DNA of 64,000 nt, taken from assembly GCA_964057225.1 (NCBI GenBank), contig OZ059897.1, positions 12,338,001-12,402,000 on the forward strand, in the 5' to 3' direction. Source of the stretch: Auanema rhodensis. Its lineage: Eukaryota > Animalia > Nematoda. The number at the start of each line of letters is the position of its first letter. Within the stretch, counting starts at the first letter, position 1. The position numbers and the translations under genes are program-made. Below the pieces are notes generated by a model. The model made no database searches, was not told the origin of the DNA, and saw nothing but the letters and a program-made list of their open reading frames with translations. Below are positions 1 to 13,798 of the stretch, piece by piece.

Positions 1-652
1 GTGAATAGATGACTTCCTTACTCTGTCGTATAGTAGAATAGGATGTATAAAGATTTTTATTCAAAACGTTCTTTTCCCTTCAAAGCACATTCTCAATAGA
101 CTTGCTCTCAAGGTCCCTACACACAACACACGAAATGATCGTTTTCTATATACACACGTCTATATGCCGTAACATATTCTCACGCGTTTTGCCTTTCTCC
201 ATTTAAACGTTTTTTATCGAAGAATCATATCAAGTTTTTGAAAAACTAACGAGAAACAAACATGTTGTCAACTTGTTAACATGAATAGATCTTACTAGAC
301 ACCTTTTGAATTCCATTCTCTCTCTCTATATTTCAATACATTAGCTTTGCCTCCTCAATTTCTTCGTTTCCACCTCTTTGCTCCAATGTCTTTATATCTT
401 TATCTGATACTCTCTTGCTTCTTTTATCTTTAACTTCATTTCATCTTTCTTTCTCTGACTTTCTCATATCTTTCTACACTTTTTCTTTTTTTTTTCGTTT
501 TTCTCTCCTCAAGAGTAAAAGCATCAAAGCCACGCCCTTGCTCGCTGAAGGGAGAGGAAGGACTTGCTCGCTCCTATTTCGTCTTGCCTCCAGTTCTCCT
601 CTCGAGGTCTTATTGAAAAAAAACTTTTTTCGTCTGGTCTTCTTGTGCAATT

Positions 653-2269
653 ATGGCGGACACCCAACCGAATGCTACCAACAAATCAGCTAACCAGGTA
701 ATTCAACTTTGCTTTGAAAAGTTAAACATGAATGTTCTTTCTATACTAAAAGCATATCTGAACTTGTGGGAATTGATCGAAAACTTGAGTGAAAATGAGA
801 AGAAATGATTGAATTTTCGAAAAAAATTATGGGAACTTCATCTATTTTTCATCGTACTATACTAAGTTTCCTATTTGACCCTATTGGTATTGCTGTTCGG
901 AAATGAAAATACTAAGAAAATGTATGAATAGATTCCTAGCTTTTTGAATTTTTTTTTCTTTGTTATAAATCAAAAAATAAAAATAACGGAAATGTGAAAG
1001 TGTACAAATTAAAGCGAGTTCTATAACTGTTTTTTACTTATTTTTATGAAAAAAAATTCAAATAATAAGAAAATTAGAAAAGCCGGTTTTTATTTTTTTT
1101 TTTTTTTGAATAAAGAAACATCTTGATGTCTTATAGGTTATCATCTTCGTGACACCTAATGATAAAGTAGTTAAGTAGCAATTAAGCTTTTAAGAATAGA
1201 AAATTATCATTTTACTTTTATTCAATATGAAGTATAAAGATTAAAAATGATGTGCATATGCAACATTACTTCAATTTATATATGAAGCTTGAGTTGGAGC
1301 TTGAGTTACTTCAAACTTCTTGGTCACAAGCTACTTATATAATATTTCTCGTCCCCTTTCTATATTAACAAAAAAAAAGTTTTTTCTTACAATTATTCGA
1401 AACAAACTTCTGTTAAAAAAAAACTTTAACTTTAAACAACTTTAATACAGCAATAAAATATTTATAAACTTAAACTTAAAGAAAAAGAACTAAAAAAGAT
1501 GATAATATAAGACAAAAAGCTGAAAAAAACCAAATAACGAGGATTCGACTCATCTCAGCATGATATTATTTTTTTTTTGCGGAAAGCGAACAACAAAACA
1601 ACATTTAACCAATGTTTTGCCTATATTAGCTATTTGTCTAACTTAACTAGCCTGAAGGGGAATATAATTCCCAAAAGATTTTTTAGTATTTCTTCAATTT
1701 GTACTTTCCAATAAAAATATGTTAAGCATAACAAATGTCTGAAATATTTAAAAATGTGTTTGAAATCTAATACATTTAACGTATGTTACTCTATAAAAAT
1801 TCTTTTTTTCAATTCTTCTCATCTTCTTTTGTCTTCTTCTTTTTCAATTTATATTTCTACCTCTTTCTCATTTTTTCATTTCATTTTCTGCTAGTTTTCA
1901 TATGATATCACAGAAGCTATTCATGTAATTGAATATTCTGTATGGACTTTATTGAAAAAAAAAGCAAAATTAACTGAAGAAAGAACAGGAGTGAAAAATC
2001 TTTTCACTTTCATTCAGACAGAATTACGTATTATTTGAATATATTAATATTATTTTACAGGATATTGATATTGATTTGAATGATCCAGAAGTCAGCGCTG
2101 CAGCAAAAAAGATTCAATGTGCCTTCAGGTAGAAAAGTTTCTTTTTCGCTTTGTCTCGTCTTTTCAAAACTTTTTGTTATGCAACAAGTATCATATCTTT
2201 AGATTCAAGCAACGCACAGAGAAAAAACCTGAACCAAAGGTTGTAGCCGGAGCGGAAGCTACAGCTTAA
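653..2269 (+). CDS. Small (59 aa) IQ-motif calmodulin-binding protein, calpacitin-like (PEP-19/PCP4, neurogranin, igloo type); exons 653-697, 2061-2128, 2203-2269
   Basis: Hand splicing with GT-AG sites in compatible phases gives MADTQPNATNKSANQ|DIDIDLNDPEVSAAAKKIQCAFR|FKQRTEKKPEPKVVAGAEATA*. The acidic DIDLNDP segment followed by AAAKKIQxxFR resembles neurogranin ([21 protein letters not shown]) and PEP-19 ([21 protein letters not shown]). Not in the ORF track. Confidence 0.8.
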
Positions 2270-3347
2270 TACCTAACAAGTCTTCATATATCGTCAATTT
2301 TGAATATTTTTAAGGAAGGTCAAATTAACTTTATAAATATATTAAAAAGCAAATAATATAAAACTGTCCTTTAAATGTTAAATAATCATCAATAAATATT
2401 TTTTAAAATTTCTTATTTTAATATTATAATTATAATATTTATATGTAAAGAATATTATATAGATTCATATTCATTTCTGATAATAAACAGAAAAATCTAT
2501 ATACATACATACATAGATGAATATTAGTATATTTAATATATTTTCTTAAAGTTTTATTTTTTTTAAAAAATATATTGATTCCTGTATTTTTCTTTTTTAA
2601 CGAAAATATATTAAAATTTCTTAATGTTTCTTCTAGAAACAAAAAGTAATAGAGCAATTACTTTATAATGCCTAACAAACAAGTGAAAATAGAATAATTA
2701 CATAACAATGGAAGGCAAAAAATATAATTTTTACTATTCAAAGAACATTTGATATACTAAACAGAATTCTAGGAATATAAAGAAAACAACATAATTAGAT
2801 AAATTGGAAGAAATGTCACATTCAATCAGATTTTTATTTAGATATGAATGCTTAGTAAACTGGAGAAAAAAAAAAGTATGAACACTGACATATAGTATAT
2901 AATGAATAAATTTTCCATCTATTTTAACTAATTTAACATCTAGTTTTCTTGTTTTCTTTGGCTATATATGAGAGAAAAACTAAAACGACTTTTCTTCCTC
3001 AAAAGTACGATGTTTATGTATGGAATTTCTTTTAAGTAATATCACTCTACTTGGTAGATTGAAGTGTTGAATTCAAAGAATATGCTTTAAGTTGAATGAT
3101 GTCAGAAAAATGCTTTGCAGCATAAGAATTTGGCAAAAATTATCGAAAGTATTGCAGTATTAACTAATTCTCAAAAGACTATACATATATTTGTATAAAA
3201 TATTTATAATTTATTTGAATAAATTATTATTCATAAAGGTATGTTCAAATATATGTATGTATTTTTCAATATAATTTTTATTGAAAAAATTGTGATTAAT
3301 TTTGATAAAAAGAACCTTTACAATGTATATTTCTTTTATTATTTTAT

Positions 3348-3349
<2 letters not shown>

Positions 3350-3407
<58 letters not shown>
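3350..3407. repeat. (TA)n microsatellite
   Basis: Uninterrupted TA dinucleotide run. Confidence 0.95.
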
Positions 3408-3410
<3 letters not shown>

Positions 3411-4008
3411 ATATAAATATTATTTGTATTATAATATATATATATAAACATTTAAACTATAAATAATCTTCAAGTATTTAAATAAAAGAGATTATAATTT
3501 ACTTAATATTTATATTAATACTCCAAGTACGTACTTTTGAATGTGTTATAAATCTTTTGTAATTAAATATTTTAATATTTAAATTATTTGAAAACAAAAA
3601 AAAAGATTTTAAATGAAAAATTTATTCTAAAAAATACTGAAAAAGAAAATAATACATAAGGGAAAGAAAGTAGTGGGCATTAAGGTATATAACATTTAAA
3701 ATCTGAAATAGCAAATACTATATGTATATAATCATATATATATATATATATATATATGTTACATACATTTCTTATGTAAAAGAAAAAAAAAGCTAAAAAA
3801 GTAGAAGCAATCTAGTTTAGTTTAGTTTTTTTTTCCAACAAAGCTATGCTATGTAGATTTTGGATTAAATATTTTCATATACGTTATGTAACTTTTTCAA
3901 GATTTCAGAAGAGTAAAAGACCTTTTGCCATGAGCTTAAACTATTATTCTAATGAAATCATTTATATTTTTTGAATTTTTTTTTCTGATTATTGAAAATG
4001 GGAAGTTT

Positions 4009-5859
4009 TTAGTGGATCTGGATTCCAGTGATCTCAACATCTCCTCCGATTTGGAGTCCATTCAACTCATGAGGCTCCAAGCGGTGAGCGAAAGAAGCGA
4101 AGCGCTCTCCATTGACCATAATCTGAAAAGAAGGAATATTAAAAACTCAACAATTGAATGTAATGATGAGATATGAATGAGATAACGGAGAGAAAGAGGT
4201 AATCACAAACCTGGAAAGCATATTCCTCGTTTTTGATTTCCAAGTCGAATCCGACAGCCTTTTCGAATGGAATCTTTCCTTCTCTCTCTTCATTTCCCCA
4301 TTCATTAGCAATGAGTGAGTTTCTGATAACAGCCTAAACAAGATTAAAGAATTAATTTTTTCAAAAGAAAACCAATCAATACCTTCTCATCAAAACGTGG
4401 ATTGAAGTGAAGGACAATATCTCCATTCTTCTTTAAAAGGTTCAAGTGGAAACGCTTTCCCTTCTTTTCTGGGATTCCGTAAACCATGAGAGATTTTCCT
4501 GGAGCCAAACCGTCTCCGGCAAGTCCGCTCTCGTATGGGACTGGCTATAAATCATATAAATTAAACTTTTATTAGTTTTTAAAATTTCTCTTACGTAGTA
4601 TTTTCCTCCCCAGTGGATGTGGTTGATGAGAACATCTCCATCAATAGAGAAGTGAGTGATGGATGAGAGGGGAACACGGTGCTCGTATTCCTTCAATTCT
4701 TTCTGAAATAAATAAAAAAATATTACTTAGTTAGAGTCTAGTACTAGCCTGGTCACAGAAGATTTGGAACTTGCTGTCATGAGCGCGAATTCTGATGTCG
4801 ATGTCATCTCCCTTCTTGAATGGGTTGCTCTTACGCTCTTCCTTTCCCCACTCTCCCTTGGCGAAAGTGTTGCAGACGATCTGAATAATAAGATTAGAAG
4901 AGTGAATATATCAGAATATGTGGTTACCTTTCCTTCATCGAAACGAACGCTGATATGAAGGGGAACATCGTTTCCAGAGAAATCAGCAGCGTTGTTATGA
5001 AGGTTGATGGTGAATCTGTAAGAAAGAAATTATCAATCGTCTTATTCCATTGAGTTGGTCCCTCTATGTTCTCTTTCTGGCAAATTCTAATAAGATACAT
5101 TTTCAGTGTGAGAGAGGAAACAGCGAAATTTCTGGTCGAACCCCCAGGTAAACATACATGAGAAATTCATTTATTTTTCCTATTTCTTCTTTCTCCAACT
5201 TCTGTTTTTTTCTCTTTTAGTCTCTTCCAATCCCTCGGATCACCTTTCTCTTCAATTGTTTTTGATTGAATTGATATTACGCGTTGTCGATATGGCTTGT
5301 TGATATTGTACGAAAACCACGAAACGATTTAACAACCAGTTTATCGCTTCCATACTATTTCACTCTTCATTTGTCTTCTTTCTCTCTCACAACCTTTTTA
5401 ACTTGATAAAAGAAAAGCGAAAAAACAGAAAGAGTATTTGTGAGAGAAAGAGAGAGCGAGAGAAAATTAAAAAGAGAAAAAACAGAAGAGAGAGAGAGAA
5501 AGAGAGAGAGAAAGATGACGAAGTGATCAAAAGTGAAAGAGAACGACAGAAGGTAAGCAATTTAACAGGTACACATTATTTTTCTTTCAACTCAAGGACA
5601 CGCATTTAAATTTGAAGAAAAATAAATATCTCTTCTTTAAATAATTTAAACAGCACTTGAGAAAAGTAGAAACAACAATAATTCAATTACTTTGACTCAT
5701 TTTTTGTTATTTGTTTCTGTTGAAATTCTTACCTAACGGAGTCCTCTCCAGTTTTTCCCTTGACGATGAGAGTCTGTCCAGGCTCAAAAGGCTCCGTCAG
5801 CTTGCTGCGGTATGGAACAGGCTGTAATATTCATATAAAACATATATATAATATATAAA

Positions 5860-5900
<41 letters not shown>

Positions 5901-6379
5901 TATTGGTAAAGAATAAAACACAATCTATGGACATCATGCAAAATCGAAAAGTTAAGATGAGTGAAGCCATAAATTGGAAAAAGATTTTGAGTCTTCAAAA
6001 GGAGATTAATACTTCTGAGTACTTTTTCAATACTTAATCCTGTTTTATAGATTTTAGATTATCCTCTATTATTACTTTTCATCTTATCATAATAATAATT
6101 GTGGCTGATCAAAATTATAAAATAGTAATCTAATGAAAAAAATAGTAATAATATCTAAATATTTGATAATGGTGTTCAATTACATTAGTTTCTAGTTTCC
6201 ATGGCAACAAATCTCATCTCTCACTACCATAAGCGATTCGTTTATCTGACTTTGTTAATACAAAAAAATTTTTATCTTTTTTTTGTTGATGTTGTTGATA
6301 TTGCTTGTTTAGCAATTAGTTTTTGTATTGAACAGGTGTGACAAAAAGCAAAACTTACGAAGTTGGTCTCGAAAGCCAT
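4009..6379 (-). CDS. lec-2: Tandem-repeat (32 kDa type) galectin, lec-2 ortholog
   Basis: Spliced product MAFETNF|PVPYRSKLTEPFEPGQTLIVKGKTGEDSVR|FTINLHNNAADFSGNDVPLHISVRFDEGK|IVCNTFAKGEWGKEER...HIHWGGKYY|PVPYESG...LHFNPRFDEK|AVIRNSLIANEWGNEEREGK...FAHRLEPHELNGLQIGGDVEITGIQIH*. It has two galectin CRDs (HxxxRF, WGxEER) and is near-identical to C. elegans LEC-2 as recalled. Confidence 0.93.
6195..6208 (+). promoter_or_regulatory. RFX/DAF-19 X-box match in the first coding intron of lec-2
   Basis: GTTTCCATGGCAAC fits the X-box consensus GTHNYY-AT-RRNAAC at every position. Confidence 0.5.
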
Positions 6380-6611
6380 TGTTGATTGAAAGGGTGGGAA
6401 CTACCTATAAAATAAATATATTAATATTAAAAGTAAATATAATATTATATAAATATAAAGAAAAATGTAAAATATAATAAAAATAAATATATAATTATTA
6501 AAACAAATATCAGATATCTTAAATATACTCTCAAGATCATCTTGTCATATTTTCCTCTTATATCTATGACTGATTTGTATTACTTCATTATCACTTAATT
6601 TCTTTCATCTA

Positions 6612-6612
<1 letters not shown>

Positions 6613-6690
<78 letters not shown>
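6613..6690. repeat. (CT)n microsatellite upstream of lec-2
   Basis: Nearly pure CT run. Confidence 0.95.
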
Positions 6691-6692
<2 letters not shown>

Positions 6693-9600
6693 TCAATCAA
6701 TCTCTCGCTTAATTAACACATCGGAAACTACTAACTATTTTCTTTCATCTTCAGTTATTTTCCCTTAAACTCTTCCTCTCTCTCTCTTATGCTACATCAA
6801 TATCTCATTAAACGTTTTTGTTTCAACTAAAGAACTATCGAAGGTCAGTTATTTACCATCAGACTTATCACGTTAAAGATTAGTTTATGAACAAATCGGA
6901 TGTAAACTTGTCAAAAGACTGACGACGATTTCGAGTTGTCAACGACAAATGCGAACCGGTGAGACTGTGCGCCAGAACGACTGATGGGCGTGGTGCCATT
7001 GATGCCGTTGTCGTTTTTGAAATGTCGTCATCATCGATGCCAGTTAGTCATTTCTAGACTAAGACTACTTGTGTTATATTGATTTATATTGAGGAAGTTA
7101 AGTTGATAATAGTATAGAATTCGAATTAATGATTGTACTATGCTTGTATTTCATAACAAACAAACAAACAAAATAAAATCAAAACAGAAGAATGGAAAGA
7201 ACTTCAACTCTGACAGTAGTTGGGTTTTTAAAAAAAATAAAGCAATTTATGAATGAATAGGTTGCACCTTTAGCCTATAAAACACGAGAAGATAGAAAAC
7301 ATTAAGCTGAACAACTAAACGTTGGTGTGATGGCATTTAAATTGGTTTGAAAGAAGAAATAGTAGCAGATGGGTACAAGAGAACGATGATGACCTTCACG
7401 CTAGCTTTTGGCTGCCCTGGTAGCAAACGAAATTTCAAGAAGAGGATGAAGGAAAACCTGGCTGGAAAGAGAGAAAGATTGAAAGGAGGAAATGTCGGCT
7501 TCGATACATATAACTTGATCGTTTAACGCAAACTACGCTTTGAAAATATTTTTCATTGATTATTAAAAACGACAAAAGAAGAAATATCATGAGATTGCTT
7601 AAGAAACATATACATGCGTATACATATAGTGAGTTCAACTATGCAAACTTTCACAGCAAAGGAGTTTTCCGGAGAAATTTTCTATGAAAATGGCTACGTT
7701 TCCGGAATCAGAATGCAGGAAATCAAATGTCTCTTAAGACTAGTCAACACCATGGTGAGGAGGTTGGAAGGATAACGAGCCTGCTAGAGGAAATGAGAAC
7801 GAGGTGAAGAAGCAGAAACGAAAGTAATCGGTGCTCGAAAAAGCACCACCTCTCATGCAGCAGCAGCCGTCGAGACTGCAGAAGCAGCAAGTTGTTTCTG
7901 ATGGATGTAGCAATGATTCATACGAAAAGATAATCAAAGAAATTTGAAGCAAAGAAAAAGAAATAGTTCAGAAGAGAAAGTTTTTATTAACTGTCACATG
8001 ACTCTACTTCTGTCAGTCTTCTTTGCTCTAGTGAAAGTCTGATCAGAAACATCCAGAGAGCCGACAGACGAAAAGACAAACTTGATCAGCGTGCTGATGC
8101 TGGCAAATAAGTTGGTTCGATGAAATTTTCGGCAACGCAAAAAGTTGGTAAAAGAACTGAACCAGATTAACACGTTTGGGTAATATCTCTCATAGATGGA
8201 TGTAATTATGGCTATCTTGTAAAAAAAAAAAAAAAGGTTTTATACTCAGAAGAAAAAGTTTTTTATACTTCAGCAGCCTTTCTAAATTCTAAAATATCTA
8301 CTTGCTTTGTAAAAAAAAAGCTTTAAAGAATACTAACTGAAGAAATGAGAATTGAAATTAGAGAAGCAAAATTCATTAAATTTATTTGAAATGAAGAAAT
8401 AATGCAGAGAATTATCTATTTATCAGTGGAAAATAGGCAACATAAAACTACAACGCTAAAAAGGTCATACGTTTTGCCAAAATACCTGAAATTCCGATCA
8501 GTAAATGAACTAGATGAAATCTTTAATATAGAAAAATAGACAAATAATAAGAAATATTATTCTAAATTAATAAAATAATTGTATTATTTGTATATTTTGA
8601 ATAAACTTGTAGTAATGCTAAAATTACTTTTTTTTCCATTTGTTTTAATAGAATAAAACTTTTGTTTCGTAATGAAAACGAATTACTAACAAAATAGAAT
8701 GTGATTTGATTTTCTCAAAAGACAGTTTTGATGCCAATCGAATACATTTCCCCGACATTTGTCGGCAAAATGAAAAAAAAACTTCAAAAGATAGAATTAT
8801 TAAAGTGAGCAACGATGAAATTGGCAAAAAAAAGTATTGAGATTGTTTCAAAACGCAGCTGTTTTCTCAACTAAATGACCGAACATGACAAACGAGCCTT
8901 TTATAATGAAATCCTGTGTTGTAGGAAAAGTCATAAAAGCAAAATTGTAATCTGGGACTTGTTGGTACACCGTTGTATCATTACATTACAAGTGGTGTTG
9001 AGGAATGTTGAGGCAGTATTACTATACGTTTACTCTTTTGAAATCATTTCATCTTCTCTTTTGCTTTCTCTTTCTCTTTTTCTCTTAAAATATACCACTC
9101 TCTATCTTTCTTTGCCTCCCTCAATCTCTCATTCTCTCTTAAACTAGTTAGCATTTGCCATTTTTAACAACTTTCATGTTTTCTTTCACTGCTTCAATAT
9201 GTTCGTTCTAACACTCGTCTCTTTCAATTTACCTATTTCTATCAAAATCACCCCTCCCAAACTCCAACATGATACAAAAGTTGTATGCAAGTAAACATGG
9301 GACGATACGTCCTATGCAACTACTGACTGATCTCTCTTTCCTCTCTTACACCTGAATATTTCGCTTATTATTTCTCTCTCTCCTTCTCTCTCTCTCTCTC
9401 TACCTCTCTCTTACACACACACACCTTCTTATTCTCTTGTTCAATTATTTCTCTCAATTATTTACTTTTTATAGTTCATCATCATCATCATCATAATCAT
9501 CACCATTTCAAAGTGTTTATGATACAATTTGAACTATAACTAAACGCATAACTTGTACAATCAAACAGGTCGTTTAAACTTGTTGATATGCGCTTAAGAG

Positions 9601-12600
9601 GAACAAACAATACAATTCTGTGACCATTTAAGAAAACGCTCTCGATTTGCCATTTTGATTTGATTATACTATTCTCTCTTCAATTTCTACGCTTTATGTT
9701 TATGGATCAACAAACTGTTAGTAAAGATTATGAACAAAAAAAGCAGAGAGAGAGAGAGAGATAGATAGATAGAGAAAGAGGGAAAGACAGTTGTATTCAA
9801 ATAGAAAAAAAGCCGCTTGAAAGTCAAGAAGGCTTACACCGTTAAGCTGCAACTTCATATAATACTGGTAACAAATAGCTTTTCTGAGAATATGTGAGAA
9901 ATAAACAAGAGCCAATCAATTTCTAATATAGAAGTAAAGTTAAAAGAGTTCAATATTTCAACAATTGTAGAAATGGCTTAATGATAAATATGGAAATTGT
10001 GAATATATGATGTATGAACAAGATATTTCGAGTTTTCAGAGATAGATAAGGTGATAACAGATAGGAATGTTCAATCTCCTTATAATTAAGGAAAACAGGA
10101 GGAGAATATGACGCGCTAACAGATCATATATTCAGTCAGCCTGTTGTCTTCAATATTTCTCAAGTCATATTCATTTTATAGGATAACGAACCATAGCTCT
10201 CTTACAAATAGTTGTTCTCTCTTTTCTTTCTTCAAAATATTCTTTCAGTTTTATATCCTCCATTGGAAATACCTAATATCATTAAACCGGTCTTTTTCTG
10301 GCAAGAAATCTACAAACGATTGTCTTACCATGAAAGATTAATATTCTAGAATGTGGGTTTTAAGCACCTTCTTTTCATCCAAAATATTTGTTCATCTTTC
10401 ATCCAATTATTTTATCCAAATTTTTAAGAAATATACTATTCATAATATCAAATAAAATGAAATAACATATGGAATACTACGTTAATTATCTCTTTAAATC
10501 ACAAAAAAAATAAAGAAAAAAATTTAAAGCAAACATAAGATATACAACTTGCCCTTCAGCGATTGGCTGATCGCCAATGCAACAAGGTTTCAGATTTTAC
10601 AATGTTAGAACCGATGAGATTTGTGGTGTGGAGAGAGTGAGAGGATGCGGCCACAGAAAATGGAAGGAAAAAGGGAAAGGAAACCGATGAGGATAAGATA
10701 AAGAAGACAACAGAACGACGAGAAACTAACAAAATAGCCACAGCGGAAGGGAAGGGTGACTCGTTTATCTCAATTTCATGACAATCAGAGCAGATAGAGG
10801 ACGAAAAATCGGCACGCGAGCACAGAAAAAATTACGAAAAGCTGAATCCTTGTTTCAACAAACTAACACATCATTCGATTTAGGTTTTGGCTTGTAAAAA
10901 TCAAAAATAGCAGTGACAGATGGAGTGTTGAAATGTTTTAATTCAGCCACATGTCAAATTTCATAATGAAAAAGGTTTTTACGATAACTATAGTGGTGAT
11001 TTTCGATGAGTCAACATCAAAAACTTGAATAAGAATAAAAATATATTTGAAGAATATAATTGTATAAAAATAGAAAATTGTAGTTAAATGGAGAATGAAA
11101 CCAAAAAATATTTAATGCTCGATAGTCTGATTCAAAACTATGAATGCTAAACTAAGAAAATTGTGAGAAGCATAGTCGAAGAGTATTGGATTTCAAAGTC
11201 ATTAAAACGACAGTAAACTGTTTTTGAGGATAGCGAAATTAAAATTAAAAGAAATAAAGACAGATAAACCAATTGTTTAGATGTGAAAAACAAAAGTTTC
11301 AGACTTGTTAATAATGGGGAGCATTAGCATTAATTTGTAAAAAATCTTAAATGAAATATATAAAATAATTATCATAAGCTAATCATTTATTTTAATTTTT
11401 AATCAAAAAGAATAGAAAAAAGAAAAAAAGATGAAGAAGAGTTACAACTTAAAGTTTCAAGAAATTATATTCATTGTCGTAAAAAACCACTAAAGTTCTT
11501 TATTAGAATTAAATGAGAGAGAAAGCTTTTCTCTAAAACTTCATTCGGGTAAAGCAAAAACAAATGGCAGAGATTGAATAAAGGAAATGAAGACTTTTAG
11601 ATTTAGAACATAGTAGCAGTTGGTGTGCCTGCTGAGCTTCACCTCTTCTACTTTGTACGTGTATCCATTTCTCCTTCTTCCACCTACTCTCTGTTAAATC
11701 TATTGTCTTTGAGCTGTTGTGTATTACAGCTGGACACTTGTCTTTTCTGCCAATAAGCGAGTCAACTATGCCGATGAGACATTTATCCTTCTTCCAATCA
11801 CCATAAGGATTGGATTGCTAAACTTTTAGTAGGAAATAGAGAGAAAAGGACGAAACAGAAACATATTTCCCTACTCCTTTCCAAGATATCGGAGCAACGG
11901 AGAGAACAACGCATAAAAAAAGAAATCGAGAGGAAGATAGAAGCTAATCAGGTTTTCGAGTTACCACGTAGCTCACTTAGACTTCTAGATAGAAAGCTGT
12001 TGTAAAAGACTTGATGAAAAGAAAGCACTTCATATATGACGCACACAACAATATGGTATAATTCAAAAAATTTTGTAATAATAGCATATTTCACACAGCT
12101 TTAAAAAATTATTTGTTCAATATCACATTTATACTTTGATTTTAATAGTTAGCAATGGATGATCTATGATCAAAATACTTATGTTTCCTATTAAACGCCA
12201 ATGAGCAAAACAAAAAAAAGATTTCCAGATGAAAATTATGTCATGTCAGGCTACATTCCATCTTTTTTTCAGAAAGAGAGATACAGAGATCTCGTAGTTG
12301 AATGCATTAGTTAGCTAGAAGAAGTAGAGCAACGAATTTTTAAATTCTTTGACCAACAAATAGGCAGATGACGTGAAAATCCATTGCTAATTAAACTCTT
12401 TCTCAACATAGCTGAGACATTTTAACAGTCATAAATTAAATTAAGATGTAGGTTCTCTGCTGATGTCACATATATAATACTTATATTAAACTATTTCTTA
12501 TGCCCTAGGGTTACAATCTTACTAAAGTTCAAAAGAAGAAAATAGTGATTAGAATAAGTATTAAAGCAGGAAATGATTGATTAATCACAATGAATAAACA

Positions 12601-13798
12601 ATAAGATATTTATATAATAATAAATCACTTTTTCATCACAATATTTATAACAATATGTGAAAACCACATTAAAAGACAGGGAGGGATACTTCGAATAATT
12701 TCAAAACGTCCTGTATAACATCTAAGTAAATCAATAATATTGATAAATGCTAAATACAGTTTTTAAAAAACATAAAACTACTAACATCCATATGTTTTCC
12801 TGCTTTTTCTGATTCTGAACATATGAACAACCGCTCCGCATCGTATCTCAGGGATAAAATAAGCTAATCAATAGGTAAACATTACAATTTCGTTTCAAAT
12901 TAGCATGTTGGATACACACATATGGTGTTAATGACAAAAAAAAAAGAAGTATAGTTTTTTTGTGTATTTACATGATTTTTTTAAATGAAGAATAACATAA
13001 AACAGGTGTTTTTCTTTGTTATTGTATTGTTTATTGATAATTCCTTAGGCATTTCCAAATAGTCAAAATGAAGTAAACATGTCTTGAGTGTTTCTCTACT
13101 ATTCGTTCATATGTGCGTGACTGCAGTCGATAAATGATCTTGCGTTTAATTGTTAGAACGAGGAACATTAGTAAAACCTTATTGCTTTAGATTTTAATAT
13201 AATTTCCATTTTCTTCATTTTTAAATAGTTATTTGAATGTGCTAACTTAATATTCCTCAAATTACTCTTAATTGAATGCCATATTAATGTATTTCAACTG
13301 TTGAATCCGAAATGTTCTAACAACAAACTTTTTTCCTGTTATATTAATTAATTCTTATAATAATTAGACGCAACAGCCTGATTTTGTATTAAGTACAAGA
13401 AAAGCTATCAGGTGATGTCTGTGATATGTTAGATTTTTTCATTTCCCGCATATACAGACATTTAAAGGCAGAAGAGTTTGTTCCAAGTCATTTAGACTCG
13501 AAAAATGATAATGTAGTAGGTCATTGCTATTTCCTGGTGGCTTTACTTGTACTTAATACATAATTTATCTTATATCTTTGTTTTTATAATTGGTTAAGAA
13601 TATACCTTTAATTCTTTATGATTATAGTTATTTCGTTTTCTTTCTTTATACTTAAAATTTCGAATTTTAAATAAACTTAATTATTTAAATTTGAAATAAC
13701 TATTATGTCAAATATTCATCATAATATATTAGTATGATAAATGATAATATTATATTCCAATTCAAATTAAAGATTTTGTTTCTTTTTATAGTTTTCGT

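Noticed and set aside
7260-8200. GC-richer stretch as a transposon remnant or gene
   Set aside because: No transposase/RT motifs, terminal repeats or spliceable ORF were found by eye. It is likely lec-2 regulatory DNA.
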